Shown here: positions 49,759-58,144 of the stretch, in pieces | How positions within the stretch are numbered: the stretch's first letter is position 1 | Layout: every line of letters starts with the position of its first letter | From: an uncultured Candidatus Binatia bacterium | GTDB lineage: Bacteria; Desulfobacterota; Binatia; UBA9968; JAJDTQ01 | Length of the DNA stretch: 64,000 nt | Reading direction: 5' to 3' | Assembly (NCBI GenBank): GCA_965215605.1 | Contig: OZ244070.1 | Location: forward strand, 192,001-256,000 | Made by a program: the position numbers and the translations under genes | Notes under the pieces: model-generated | What the model was told of the DNA's origin: nothing | Database searches by the model: none | Seen by the model: the letters and a program-made list of their open reading frames with translations, nothing else

Positions 49759-51922
49759 GCGTTCCCTGCTCCACGATGCGGCCCTTGTCGACGACGATGA
49801 TCCGGTCGGCGTCGCGGATGGTGCTCAGCCGATGCGCGATGATCAGACAGGAGCATCCGCGACGCCGGATTCGATCGTCGATGAGCAACTCGGTTACGGG
49901 GTCGAGGGCGCTGGTGGCTTCATCGAGGATCAGCAGCGACGGGTTGTTGACCAGCGCCCGGGCGATTTCCAGGCGCATGCGCTGTCCGCCGCTGAAGTTG
50001 CGTCCTCCCTCTTCCACCATGGACTCGTAGCCCGCCGGGCGGCCGATGATGTCCTCATGAACCGCGGCGTCGCGGGCCGCGGCGGTCACATGGTGATCCG
50101 GTATCGTCGCGGTCCACATGGTGAGGTTGTTGCGTATGGTCGTGGCGAACAGGACCGCATGCTGATCGACCATGGAGACGGACCGGCAGAATACCTCCCG
50201 CGGGATATCGACTTGCGGGTGGCCGTCGAAGAGCACTTCCCCGGACCAGGGCCGATGCAGACCCGCCGCCAGAAGCGCCAACGTGGACTTGCCCGAACCG
50301 CTGGGCCCCACCACCGCAACGCGCTGGCCGGGCTCGATGGTCAGGTTGAAGTCCTCGACGAGCGGCGCACGGTTCCGCTGGAAACCGAACGTGACGCCCC
50401 GCATCTCCAATCGTCCGACCAGACGCAGCCGGCCGTCGAGCGTCATGACCCGCTGTTGCGCGTCGGCGGCATGGTCGGGATAGGACATCTCCTGCGGCGC
50501 ATTGACCACGTCGTCCATCCTTGCCATATCGGCCTCCAGCGTCTCCAGCAGATCGGAGAACTGGGAAACCCGGGCCACGGGACCCAGAAAATTACCGGCG
50601 AGAACGTAGAATCCCATCAACCCGCCAAGGGTCATCTCGCCCGACATCGTGCGCCAGCCGCCAAGGCCGAACACCGCCGCCGCCGCGAGTATCTGAAACA
50701 GTTGCGGCAGCGCCGCGGCCACATGACCGAGTTCCACGAACGCCTGCCGCGCGCTCAGCTCGCGAGCCTGTCTGCCACTCCACAGCGAGAAGAAATCGGC
50801 CTCGCGGGCGGTTGCCTGCAAGGTCTCGATCATCTTGACGCCCGCCGTGCCCACCCCGAACGATATGCCCTGCTCGCGCCGTAGTCGATGGTTCTTGTCC
50901 CGGCGGAGGCGGGTCAGCACCTGTATCGACGCGACGCTGGCAACTCCCAAACCCCCAACCACAAGCGCCAGCCAGACATCGTATGCCACCATGACAACCA
51001 GAAAGGTCGCGCTCATGATGAGATCTACGGACAGCCGCACCATCTGGCCGGCTCCGGTGTCGGCGATCTGGTCGATGGTCCGCATGCGCAACGCCAGGTC
51101 TCCGGCGAGCCGGTGGGCGAAGAACCGCATGGGAAGCCGAAGCAAACGATCCAGGAAGTAGTCTGATTGGCTTATGGCAAGCCGGACGATGAGTTCGCGC
51201 AGGGAACGCATCTGGAGCCAGGTCAACAGGCAGATCAGCACGCTGGCGGCGAACATCGCCGCGATCAGCGCCCTGCTCTGACCCATCTGCTGGTCCTGAA
51301 AAACGCGATCCACGAATTCCGCAAGCAATACCGGCGGCGCCAGCAAGGTCAAGGCAAGGAGCAGGCCGTAGACGGCGGTGCGGGTCAGGAGGGAGCGATG
51401 GCCTCGCAACCACGGCCACAGGCGGCGCGCGACACCCGGACGCGCCCCGCCGGGCCGAAACGTGGGGCCCGGCTCGAGAATCAGGCCGACGCCCGTAAAC
51501 TCCTGACCGAAGTCACGCGCGTCGACGACGCGATGACCTTCGGCGGGATCATTCAGATAGTAGCGCCCGCGCGCGATGCCCTCCAGGACCACGAAGTGCC
51601 TGAATCCCCAATACAGGACCATCGGCTTCGGCAGCTTGGCGAGGCCATGGACCTGGCTGCTCCAGCCGGTGGCCTTCAGGCCGTATTTCCTGGCGGCGAT
51701 GGCGATGTCTTCGAGCGTCGAACCGTCACGCCCGACTCCGCAGTCGTCACGCAGAACTTCCAGGGGCACCCTGCGCCCGAAATGGGCGAGCACGGCGCCA
51801 AGGCATGCCGCGCCGCAGTCGGCCGCCTCCAACTGCATGAACAACGGTGTGCGGCGCGGTCTCCGCCAGCGCCCGAGCGTCCCGGGAGCAGCGGAGAATT
51901 TTGATTCGGCAGGATCAGCCAT
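49703..51922 (-). CDS. C39 peptidase-containing ABC transporter of NHLP systems (TIGR03796-like)
   Basis: RTPLFMQLEAADCGAACL catalytic Cys, HFVVLEG His, GPSGSGKS, FSGGQRMRLEIAR, LDEATSALD. Confidence 0.93.
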   Translation of the reverse strand: MADPAESKFSAAPGTLGRWRRPRRTPLFMQLEAADCGAACLGAVLAHFGRRVPLEVLRDDCGVGRDGSTLEDIAIAARKYGLKATGWSSQVHGLAKLPKPMVLYWGFRHFVVLEGIARGRYYLNDPAEGHRVVDARDFGQEFTGVGLILEPGPTFRPGGARPGVARRLWPWLRGHRSLLTRTAVYGLLLALTLLAPPVLLAEFVDRVFQDQQMGQSRALIAAMFAASVLICLLTWLQMRSLRELIVRLAISQSDYFLDRLLRLPMRFFAHRLAGDLALRMRTIDQIADTGAGQMVRLSVDLIMSATFLVVMVAYDVWLALVVGGLGVASVASIQVLTRLRRDKNHRLRREQGISFGVGTAGVKMIETLQATAREADFFSLWSGRQARELSARQAFVELGHVAAALPQLFQILAAAAVFGLGGWRTMSGEMTLGGLMGFYVLAGNFLGPVARVSQFSDLLETLEADMARMDDVVNAPQEMSYPDHAADAQQRVMTLDGRLRLVGRLEMRGVTFGFQRNRAPLVEDFNLTIEPGQRVAVVGPSGSGKSTLALLAAGLHRPWSGEVLFDGHPQVDIPREVFCRSVSMVDQHAVLFATTIRNNLTMWTATIPDHHVTAAARDAAVHEDIIGRPAGYESMVEEGGRNFSGGQRMRLEIARALVNNPSLLILDEATSALDPVTELLIDDRIRRRGCSCLIIAHRLSTIRDADRIIVVDKGRIVEQGTHDELHAAGTFYHGLLRGE

Positions 51923-51929
51923 GCGGGGC

Positions 51930-52100
51930 TTACGGCCACAACGTAACTGCGGCCCAGGCTACGAGCATCAGCAACGGGACCAGAAGCGCCGCCACGAAAA
52001 CGCGCTCATGCGGTGCCGTCACGCGCAACAGGTCGTCCACTGCCTCGGGTTGCACGCTGCGGATGAGCGCTTCCTGGCGGTAAACGGAGGGGGCCGGCAT
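51930..52100 (-). CDS. 56-aa ORF matching only the N-terminal anchor of the NHLP HlyD-family secretion protein (mini-protein or truncated gene)
   Basis: MPAPSVYRQEALIRSVQPEAVDDLLRVTAPHERVFVAALLVPLLMLVAWAAVTLWP*; resembles the FRxEAL...PEQLDxLxxVTxP-TM start of TIGR03794-type proteins and sits in the expected gene position. Confidence 0.7.
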   Translation of the reverse strand: MPAPSVYRQEALIRSVQPEAVDDLLRVTAPHERVFVAALLVPLLMLVAWAAVTLWP

Positions 52101-52118
52101 CAGGCAAGGAAGGGGTGA

Positions 52119-52140
52119 GCGGCGCGTCTACCCGCGCCGC
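52119..52140 (-). terminator. GC-rich hairpin downstream of precursor 2
   Basis: GCGGCGCG-N6-CGCGCCGC. Confidence 0.5.
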
Positions 52141-52164
52141 CCCTCATTGAACCGGTCTAAGCGA

Positions 52165-52425
52165 TTACCAAAGAGCGCTCCAGGAACCACCGGCGGCCGC
52201 GCGCATTTCTTCGTCCGAGAGAGCACCCCCGGCCGGCGGCAGGACCAGATGAACGTCCGTGGCGCTCTCTTCGTGAACGTGGACGGTCAGGTCCTCCGGC
52301 ATGGCCAACCCCGTGGCTTGCTCAATGGCCTTCCTCGGATCTTCCAGGAGCAGGGCACGGAATGCTTCGTCCTCGTCCGCCTTCGCTCGCACGAGAACCT
52401 CGACCTCTGGTGAAGAATTTGCCAT
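52165..52425 (-). CDS. NHLP-leader RiPP precursor 2; predicted core SWSALW
   Basis: AKADEDEAFRALLLEDPRKAI, HLVLPP, LSDEEMRAAAGG; AAGGAGGA RBS; 86 aa. Confidence 0.92.
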   Translation of the reverse strand: MANSSPEVEVLVRAKADEDEAFRALLLEDPRKAIEQATGLAMPEDLTVHVHEESATDVHLVLPPAGGALSDEEMRAAAGGSWSALW

Positions 52426-52540
52426 TGAATCCTCCTTTACGTTCGCCGTTAGGGGTGAATTTCCAGGCCTCGGCTTCGCCCGCGGCCGCTCCAGGAGGGC
52501 CGCCGAACCGGCGCTGAAGGCCCACATCAGCACAAATCCA

Positions 52541-52569
52541 CTGATACACGCACCGCTTGCGAGAGTCAA
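52541..52569 (-). promoter_or_regulatory. Putative sigma70 promoter for the precursor-2/exporter operon
   Basis: On the - strand: TTGACT-17 nt-TATCAG. Confidence 0.35.
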
Positions 52570-52669
52570 GGCAGCCTGCGACCGACGGTGCGCCCATGGT
52601 GGCAACGGCAACGGTGAGCGGCTATAGGAAAAGGGGACCGAACTGCTTCACCCCTGAGGGTTTCGTGCA

Positions 52670-53944
52670 ATGGTACAGCCGGGCGCCGAGTCTTTACGGA
52701 AAATCGCCGTTGTGGGGCGAGGAACCGCCGGGTCCATGGCGACCGCCAGCATCACACATGCCCTCCGGGACACGGACCACGAGCTGCACCACATCTACGA
52801 CTCGCGCATTCCGGTCATCGGCGTGGGTGAAGGCAGTTGGCCAAGCCTTGTTCGTGAGTTGCAGCGACTGACGCATCTTCCCCTTGACGCGATTCAAATG
52901 CGCGTGAAGGGAACCCGCAAGTACGGCGTGGCATTCGAGGGCTGGGGCCGGCGCAACCAAAACTTCATCCATTACTTCATGCCGCGCCATGAGTCCTACG
53001 GCTACCATCTGTCTGCCGACTTGATGGCGGACCTCCTGCGGGAACACACGAGAGCGCGCCACATCGACGCCAAAGTGCTTGACATCACCAGGGTGGAGGA
53101 CGGCGCCCGGGTGGAATTCGAGAATCTGGCGCCGGAACGCTACGATCTGGTCTTCGATGCCCGCGGTTTTCCGAGAGAACTTCATCCCGACCAGCACATC
53201 CACATCCCCTTCATCCCCACCAATACGGCCGTCATCCGGCGCTGTCCGGCGATCTTCGAGGAAGCGCAGGACGGGCCGGTTCTGCAACACACCTTTACCC
53301 GCGCCGTCGCGCGTCCCCACGGCTGGATATTCGTGATTCCGCTTACCACGCACACGTCCTGCGGGTACATCTTCAACCGCGACGTATCGAGCCCCGCCGC
53401 GGTCGAGTCCGACTTCGACGCGTTCCTCAAGACGGAAGGAATATCCGAATTCGAGCAACGCGCCGTCATTCCGTTCCCGAATTTCGTCCATCGCGCCATG
53501 TATGACGGCGCAATAGCACGCATCGGCAATGCGGCGACGTTCATGGAACCCCTTGAAGCGACGGCGATCGGGGGCGCCGGGGCCCAGATCGGACTGGTGC
53601 TTCACGCGCGCCTCAGCCGTCCGGTGGAAAAACTCGAAGAGGACGCACCGGTGGTCAACCGGTTTCTCGTCAAAAACATGCTCTCCTTCGGCCTGTTCGT
53701 CGGTTGGCACTATGCCCGCGGCTCGAACTACGACAGCGGTTTCTGGCGCCATGCTCGTGATCACGCCTGGCCGCGGCACCGCAGGGCGTTGGACACCGAG
53801 CCGGCGGGTTCCCCCGCGCTCCGGAGTTTCGACGAGATGATCGAAGCGACGGCCCGCACCGTCATCGATGCAGCGGACTGGAAACGGGAATGCGGGTTCC
53901 CGTTCAGCAGCTATTACCAGATGTCTCAGGGCCTCGGCTGTTGA
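52670..53944 (+). CDS. Short, divergent flavin-dependent halogenase family protein (424 aa)
   Basis: GRGTAG, IGVGEGSWP, GTRKYGV (Lys retained), YGYHLSA, GWIFVIP, FMEPLEATAI. Confidence 0.82.
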   Translation: MVQPGAESLRKIAVVGRGTAGSMATASITHALRDTDHELHHIYDSRIPVIGVGEGSWPSLVRELQRLTHLPLDAIQMRVKGTRKYGVAFEGWGRRNQNFIHYFMPRHESYGYHLSADLMADLLREHTRARHIDAKVLDITRVEDGARVEFENLAPERYDLVFDARGFPRELHPDQHIHIPFIPTNTAVIRRCPAIFEEAQDGPVLQHTFTRAVARPHGWIFVIPLTTHTSCGYIFNRDVSSPAAVESDFDAFLKTEGISEFEQRAVIPFPNFVHRAMYDGAIARIGNAATFMEPLEATAIGGAGAQIGLVLHARLSRPVEKLEEDAPVVNRFLVKNMLSFGLFVGWHYARGSNYDSGFWRHARDHAWPRHRRALDTEPAGSPALRSFDEMIEATARTVIDAADWKRECGFPFSSYYQMSQGLGC

Positions 53945-54038
53945 CAACGTTCCCGCAATTTCACTAAGGTCTGCACCTATCCGGCTTCGGCCGAGGCATC
54001 AACCGGTCGGGAAAGCCCCGGCAAAGGAGGGTATACGG

Positions 54039-55025
54039 ATGAAGAAGATTGCACTCGGGGTGTTCGTCGCCCTGTTCGTTCTGGCCGCATCCGCGCAGGC
54101 GGAGGTCACGATAAAACTCAGCACCTGCCTGGCAAAAACCCACGACCAGGTGGAAACGTATTTCCAGGCCTTCTTCGACAAGTTCAACGAAGCGGCCAAG
54201 GGCGAGGCCAGGATCCAATACGTGGGCGGCCCGGAAGTTTCGCCGCGACAGAAGCAGGGTCCGGCGCTCAGGCGCGGCCTGGTGGACATGATCTTCTGTC
54301 CCATGGGCTACTACGAGGGAATGGTGGCGGAAGCCGGCCTGACCTCGGTGACCAACCTGTCCACCAAGGAGCTCCGTAACAACGGCGCCATCGACCAGCT
54401 CCAACCGGTGTGGGCCAAGAAATTCAACGGGATGATCCTGGGCTGGTGCTGCTACGGCGTCGACTTCCACATCTACACCACCTTCAAACCCAAGACGAAC
54501 ACCAAGACCGGCCTTGATCTGTCGGGCCACAAGATGCGCTCCACCGCGACGTACAGACCCTTCCTCAGCGCCATGGGGGCCATTCCCGTCACCATGGCAG
54601 CCGCGGAAATGTACACCGGTCTGCAGCGAGGCGTGGTGCAGGGGCTCGCATGGCCGGAGGGAGCACTGGCCAAGTACGGGGTCCAGAAGTTCCTCAAGTA
54701 CCGCGTCTACCCCGGATTCTATCGCAGCGGCTCCATGGTCGTGATCAACCTGGACAAGTTCAAGTCCTATCCCAAGTCCGTGCAGGACAAGCTGGTCCAG
54801 GCGGGTCTGGCGTTCGAGCAAGGCAGCGAGCCCATCCTCCGCGCGAAGGCCGACGCGGACAACAAGAAGCTGTGGGCTTCGGGCCTTCAGAAGCTGGAGC
54901 TCAAGGGCGAAGAGCGAAAGGCTTATCTGCGCACCGTGTACGAGCTCGCCTGGGACGTACGGAAGGACAAGCCGTATACCGTCCCGTTTGCAAAGCTCAA
55001 GGAGAAGATGTACCGCGCGCCCTGA
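54039..55025 (+). CDS. dctP: TRAP transporter substrate-binding protein
   Basis: Signal peptide, GGPEV, ALRRGLVDM, DLSGHKMR, EMYTGLQRGVVQG. Confidence 0.9.
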   Translation: MKKIALGVFVALFVLAASAQAEVTIKLSTCLAKTHDQVETYFQAFFDKFNEAAKGEARIQYVGGPEVSPRQKQGPALRRGLVDMIFCPMGYYEGMVAEAGLTSVTNLSTKELRNNGAIDQLQPVWAKKFNGMILGWCCYGVDFHIYTTFKPKTNTKTGLDLSGHKMRSTATYRPFLSAMGAIPVTMAAAEMYTGLQRGVVQGLAWPEGALAKYGVQKFLKYRVYPGFYRSGSMVVINLDKFKSYPKSVQDKLVQAGLAFEQGSEPILRAKADADNKKLWASGLQKLELKGEERKAYLRTVYELAWDVRKDKPYTVPFAKLKEKMYRAP

Positions 55026-55046
55026 GGGCCGCACGGTCCAAACAGC

Positions 55047-55093
55047 AAAAAACGCCCCCGATCCGCAGTGCCGGATCGGGGGCGTTTTCTTTT
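55047..55093. terminator. Bidirectional intrinsic terminator
   Basis: AAAAAACGCCCCCGATCCG-loop-CGGATCGGGGGCGTTTTCTTTT between convergent dctP and dctM. Confidence 0.85.
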
Positions 55094-55142
55094 CGGGTGC
55101 GCGGGACGTCCCGCGCGAGGACGCCCGCCGTTGTCCCTCTTC

Positions 55143-56453
55143 TCAATCCATCAGATTGGGGAGCCACAGCGCGAGTTGGGGTTCCCAGATCAGGATGAGG
55201 ATCAGGATCAGATCGCAGATCAGGAACGGGATCGCCGCGTTGGCCACCTGCAGCAGCGTGGTGCCCTTGGGCGCCACCCCCAACATGACGTAGAGCAGCA
55301 GCCCGAAGGGCGGCGTAGTGCCCGCCATCTCCAGCGTCATGAGCACGAACAGGCCGAACCAGATCAGGTCGAAGCCCAGGGCCTCGGCAAGGGGAAAGAA
55401 GATCGGCACGGTGATGAGCATCATGGAGGTGGCGTCCATGAACATGCCCAGCACGATGAGGATCAGGAACATGACCGCCAGCACCACCAGGCGGGACACC
55501 TCGAAGCCGGTGGCCCAGTCCAGCATCCCGGCGGTGGCGCCCGAGTAGGCCAGAAGCTGGCTGAACACCGTCGAGTTCATGATGATGAGGAACACCATGC
55601 CGGCCACCCGCACGGTGCCCGACAGGGAGGTGCGAATCGCCTCCCACTTGAGCACGCGGAAGGCCGTGGCCAGGATGGCGACGCCCAGCACGCCGCAGGC
55701 GGCGGACTCGGTGGGGGTGGCGAGGCCCAGGATGATGAAGCCGATGACCATGAAGATCACCAGGCTCACCGGCAGGATGTTGAAGGTGACGAACTTGATC
55801 TTTTGGGCCCACGTGGTGGGCGGCACGTCATAGGCCGGCGCGCCCGCGGGGTTGATGACGATCTGGAGATACAACATGCCGGCATACAGCAGGGCCAGGA
55901 CGAAGCCCGGCAGAAACCCGGCGATCAGCAAACGGCCCACGTCGATGTTGGCGACGCTGGCGAGAAGCACCGCCAGCGCCGACGGCGGGATGATCATGGC
56001 CAGTCCGCCGGTGCCCAGGATCGGCCCCATGGACATGCGCCAGTTGTAGCCCCGCCGCTGCATCTCCGGCACCAGCAGCGATCCCAGCATCGCGGTGTTG
56101 GCCATGGAGGAGCCGGTGAGGGTGGAAAAGATGGTGCCGCCGGCCACCGTCAGATAGCAGAGCCGGCCCCTGAGCTTGCCGAACAGCGAATCGAGCCCGT
56201 CGAACACGCGGATCGCCAGGCCGGTATGAAAGAACAGCGCGCCCATGAGGATGAACATGGGCACGGGACCCAGGGTGAAGCGGGTGATCAGCACGGTGGA
56301 GTTGTCCGCCACCTGGATGAAGCCGTGGACGCCGGCAAAGATGAAGATGCCGACGAAGTTCGTGGTGATGAAGGCGAAGGCCACGGGGACCCCGATGGCC
56401 ATCAGACAGACGACCATGCCCACGAGAAAAGCAAATGCCCAGTACCATTCCAT
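55143..56453 (-). CDS. dctM: TRAP transporter large permease
   Basis: VPMFILMG, GSSMANTA, LAMIIPPS, ATPTESAA, TPPFGLLL. Confidence 0.92.
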   Translation of the reverse strand: MEWYWAFAFLVGMVVCLMAIGVPVAFAFITTNFVGIFIFAGVHGFIQVADNSTVLITRFTLGPVPMFILMGALFFHTGLAIRVFDGLDSLFGKLRGRLCYLTVAGGTIFSTLTGSSMANTAMLGSLLVPEMQRRGYNWRMSMGPILGTGGLAMIIPPSALAVLLASVANIDVGRLLIAGFLPGFVLALLYAGMLYLQIVINPAGAPAYDVPPTTWAQKIKFVTFNILPVSLVIFMVIGFIILGLATPTESAACGVLGVAILATAFRVLKWEAIRTSLSGTVRVAGMVFLIIMNSTVFSQLLAYSGATAGMLDWATGFEVSRLVVLAVMFLILIVLGMFMDATSMMLITVPIFFPLAEALGFDLIWFGLFVLMTLEMAGTTPPFGLLLYVMLGVAPKGTTLLQVANAAIPFLICDLILILILIWEPQLALWLPNLMD

Positions 56454-56965
56454 CACACGTTCTCCCGCACCGCGGTGCGCGAGGTATACATGGTGTCCAC
56501 GCCTGTCAGGAACCGGAGGAACTCGAAGGCGATCATGGCGAACGACACCGGCATGGGCGCGAGGAGCATCCAAAGCGGTTGGGCTTCACCGCGGATGTCC
56601 ATCTCGCCCGAAAGAAACGCGTCGATGAGGAGGTCGGTGGAAAAGTAGATGAAGAAAAGGCAGCAGACGATGCAGATGACGTAGACGAGACGGGCCAGCA
56701 CCGCCTGCACGATCTCGGGCAGCAGTTGCACCAGTGAGTCCACGAACACGTGGCCTTTCATGCGCACCAGCCACGGCGCTCCCAGCATGGTGAACCACAG
56801 GAGCCCGTACTCGACCACGCCCAGCGTGTAGGAGGAGGGCTGGAGCCCCACGAGACGTACGAACACCTCGGTGACGATGAGAAAAAAGATCAGAAAGACG
56901 ACCACCTCCGCGCCGATCTTGAAAGCGTTGAGGAGCCATTCGTACGCTCGCGCCAAGCTCTGCAT
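56453..56965 (-). CDS. dctQ: TRAP transporter small permease
   Basis: 4 TM segments, GAPWLVRMKGHVFVD; overlaps dctM start. Confidence 0.88.
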   Translation of the reverse strand: MQSLARAYEWLLNAFKIGAEVVVFLIFFLIVTEVFVRLVGLQPSSYTLGVVEYGLLWFTMLGAPWLVRMKGHVFVDSLVQLLPEIVQAVLARLVYVICIVCCLFFIYFSTDLLIDAFLSGEMDIRGEAQPLWMLLAPMPVSFAMIAFEFLRFLTGVDTMYTSRTAVRENV

Positions 56966-57210
56966 CCTGCCTCCATCCTGGCCCGGACCGGACCCGTGTT
57001 TGCCACCCCCGTAAACGGAAGTTTTCTGCTTTTATCGTCTCCCAACACGGCTGTCAAAGCAGTTTGCGGCAAAATCGCCATTTCTTGACGGGAAACGCCG
57101 CCCGGTGATACCACCTTGGAGCGGAGGCCCCGCCTCGCGACAAGAGGCGGCGTGGCAGGGACGACAGCGGGCACCGTATCCCGCGCGCAGACCCGTTCAG
57201 GAGGTTCGAC

Positions 57211-58041
57211 GTGAGAATTCTGGTCACCGGGGGCTTGGGCAAGGTCGGCGAGCATGTTGTGGACGAGTTGCTGCGCGGCGGCCATGAGGTGACGGTGCTG
57301 GACCGCCTGCCCGGCCCCCGGGACGGCGGCGGCGCCAAGTACCTGGTGGGAGAGGTTCAGGACCTCGGGCAGGTCATCGAGGCGGCCGCGGGAACCGACG
57401 CCATCATCCATCTGGCCGCGGTGCACAACCCCCACGTCGCCCCCACCGGCGTCGTCTTCGAGACCAACGTCAACGGCACCTTCAACGCCCACCACGCGGC
57501 GTTCCGGCTGGGCATCCCGCGGGTGGTCTCCACCAGCAGCAACGCCGCCGTCGGATGGGCCTATAGCGAAGGCGCGTTCATGCCTGACTACCTTCCCATC
57601 GACGAGGAGCACCCGTTGAGGCCCATCGACCCCTACGGCCTGTCGAAGCAGATCGGCGAGACCATCGCCCGCTCCTACAGCCTCAAGGGCGTGGAGTCGG
57701 TCGTCATCCGCCCCAGCGGCGTGGTGACCCCGGAGGCGCTGGAGCAGATCCGCCGCACCGGCGGCCGGGAGCCCGAGGGCTGGCGCGAGTACAGCTACAT
57801 CGACGTGAGGGATCTGGCCGTGGCCTTCCGGCTCGCGGTGGAGAAACCCCTGCCCGGCTGCACCGTGACGTTCGTGGTGGCGGACGACAGCACCGTGGCC
57901 GAGCCCCTGTGCGATCTCCTGCCACGGCTCAAGCCTGCCATCGGCGACCGCGCCGCCAAGCTCACCGGCACCCAAGGTGTGTTCAGCAATGCCCGGGCCA
58001 GGGAGCTGCTTGGATGGCAACCCGTACACACATGGCGGTGA
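57211..58041 (+). CDS. NAD-dependent epimerase/dehydratase family protein
   Basis: TGGLGKVG, HLAA, YLPIDEEHP, YGLSK, YIDVRD. Confidence 0.9.
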   Translation: MRILVTGGLGKVGEHVVDELLRGGHEVTVLDRLPGPRDGGGAKYLVGEVQDLGQVIEAAAGTDAIIHLAAVHNPHVAPTGVVFETNVNGTFNAHHAAFRLGIPRVVSTSSNAAVGWAYSEGAFMPDYLPIDEEHPLRPIDPYGLSKQIGETIARSYSLKGVESVVIRPSGVVTPEALEQIRRTGGREPEGWREYSYIDVRDLAVAFRLAVEKPLPGCTVTFVVADDSTVAEPLCDLLPRLKPAIGDRAAKLTGTQGVFSNARARELLGWQPVHTWR

Positions 58042-58050
58042 CAACCGAAT

Positions 58051-58090
58051 CGTCATTCCTGCGAAACCTGTCCCCGACCCCGATCGGGGA
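58051..58090. repeat. REP-like intergenic element (CGTC class)
   Basis: CGTCATTCCTGCGAAACCTG followed by TCCCCGA-N6-TCGGGGA. Confidence 0.45.
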
Positions 58091-58144
58091 GCCCCCGGCA
58101 CGGACCCGGCGGCTGACACCGCCCCGCGGCGAAAAGGAGTTGTC

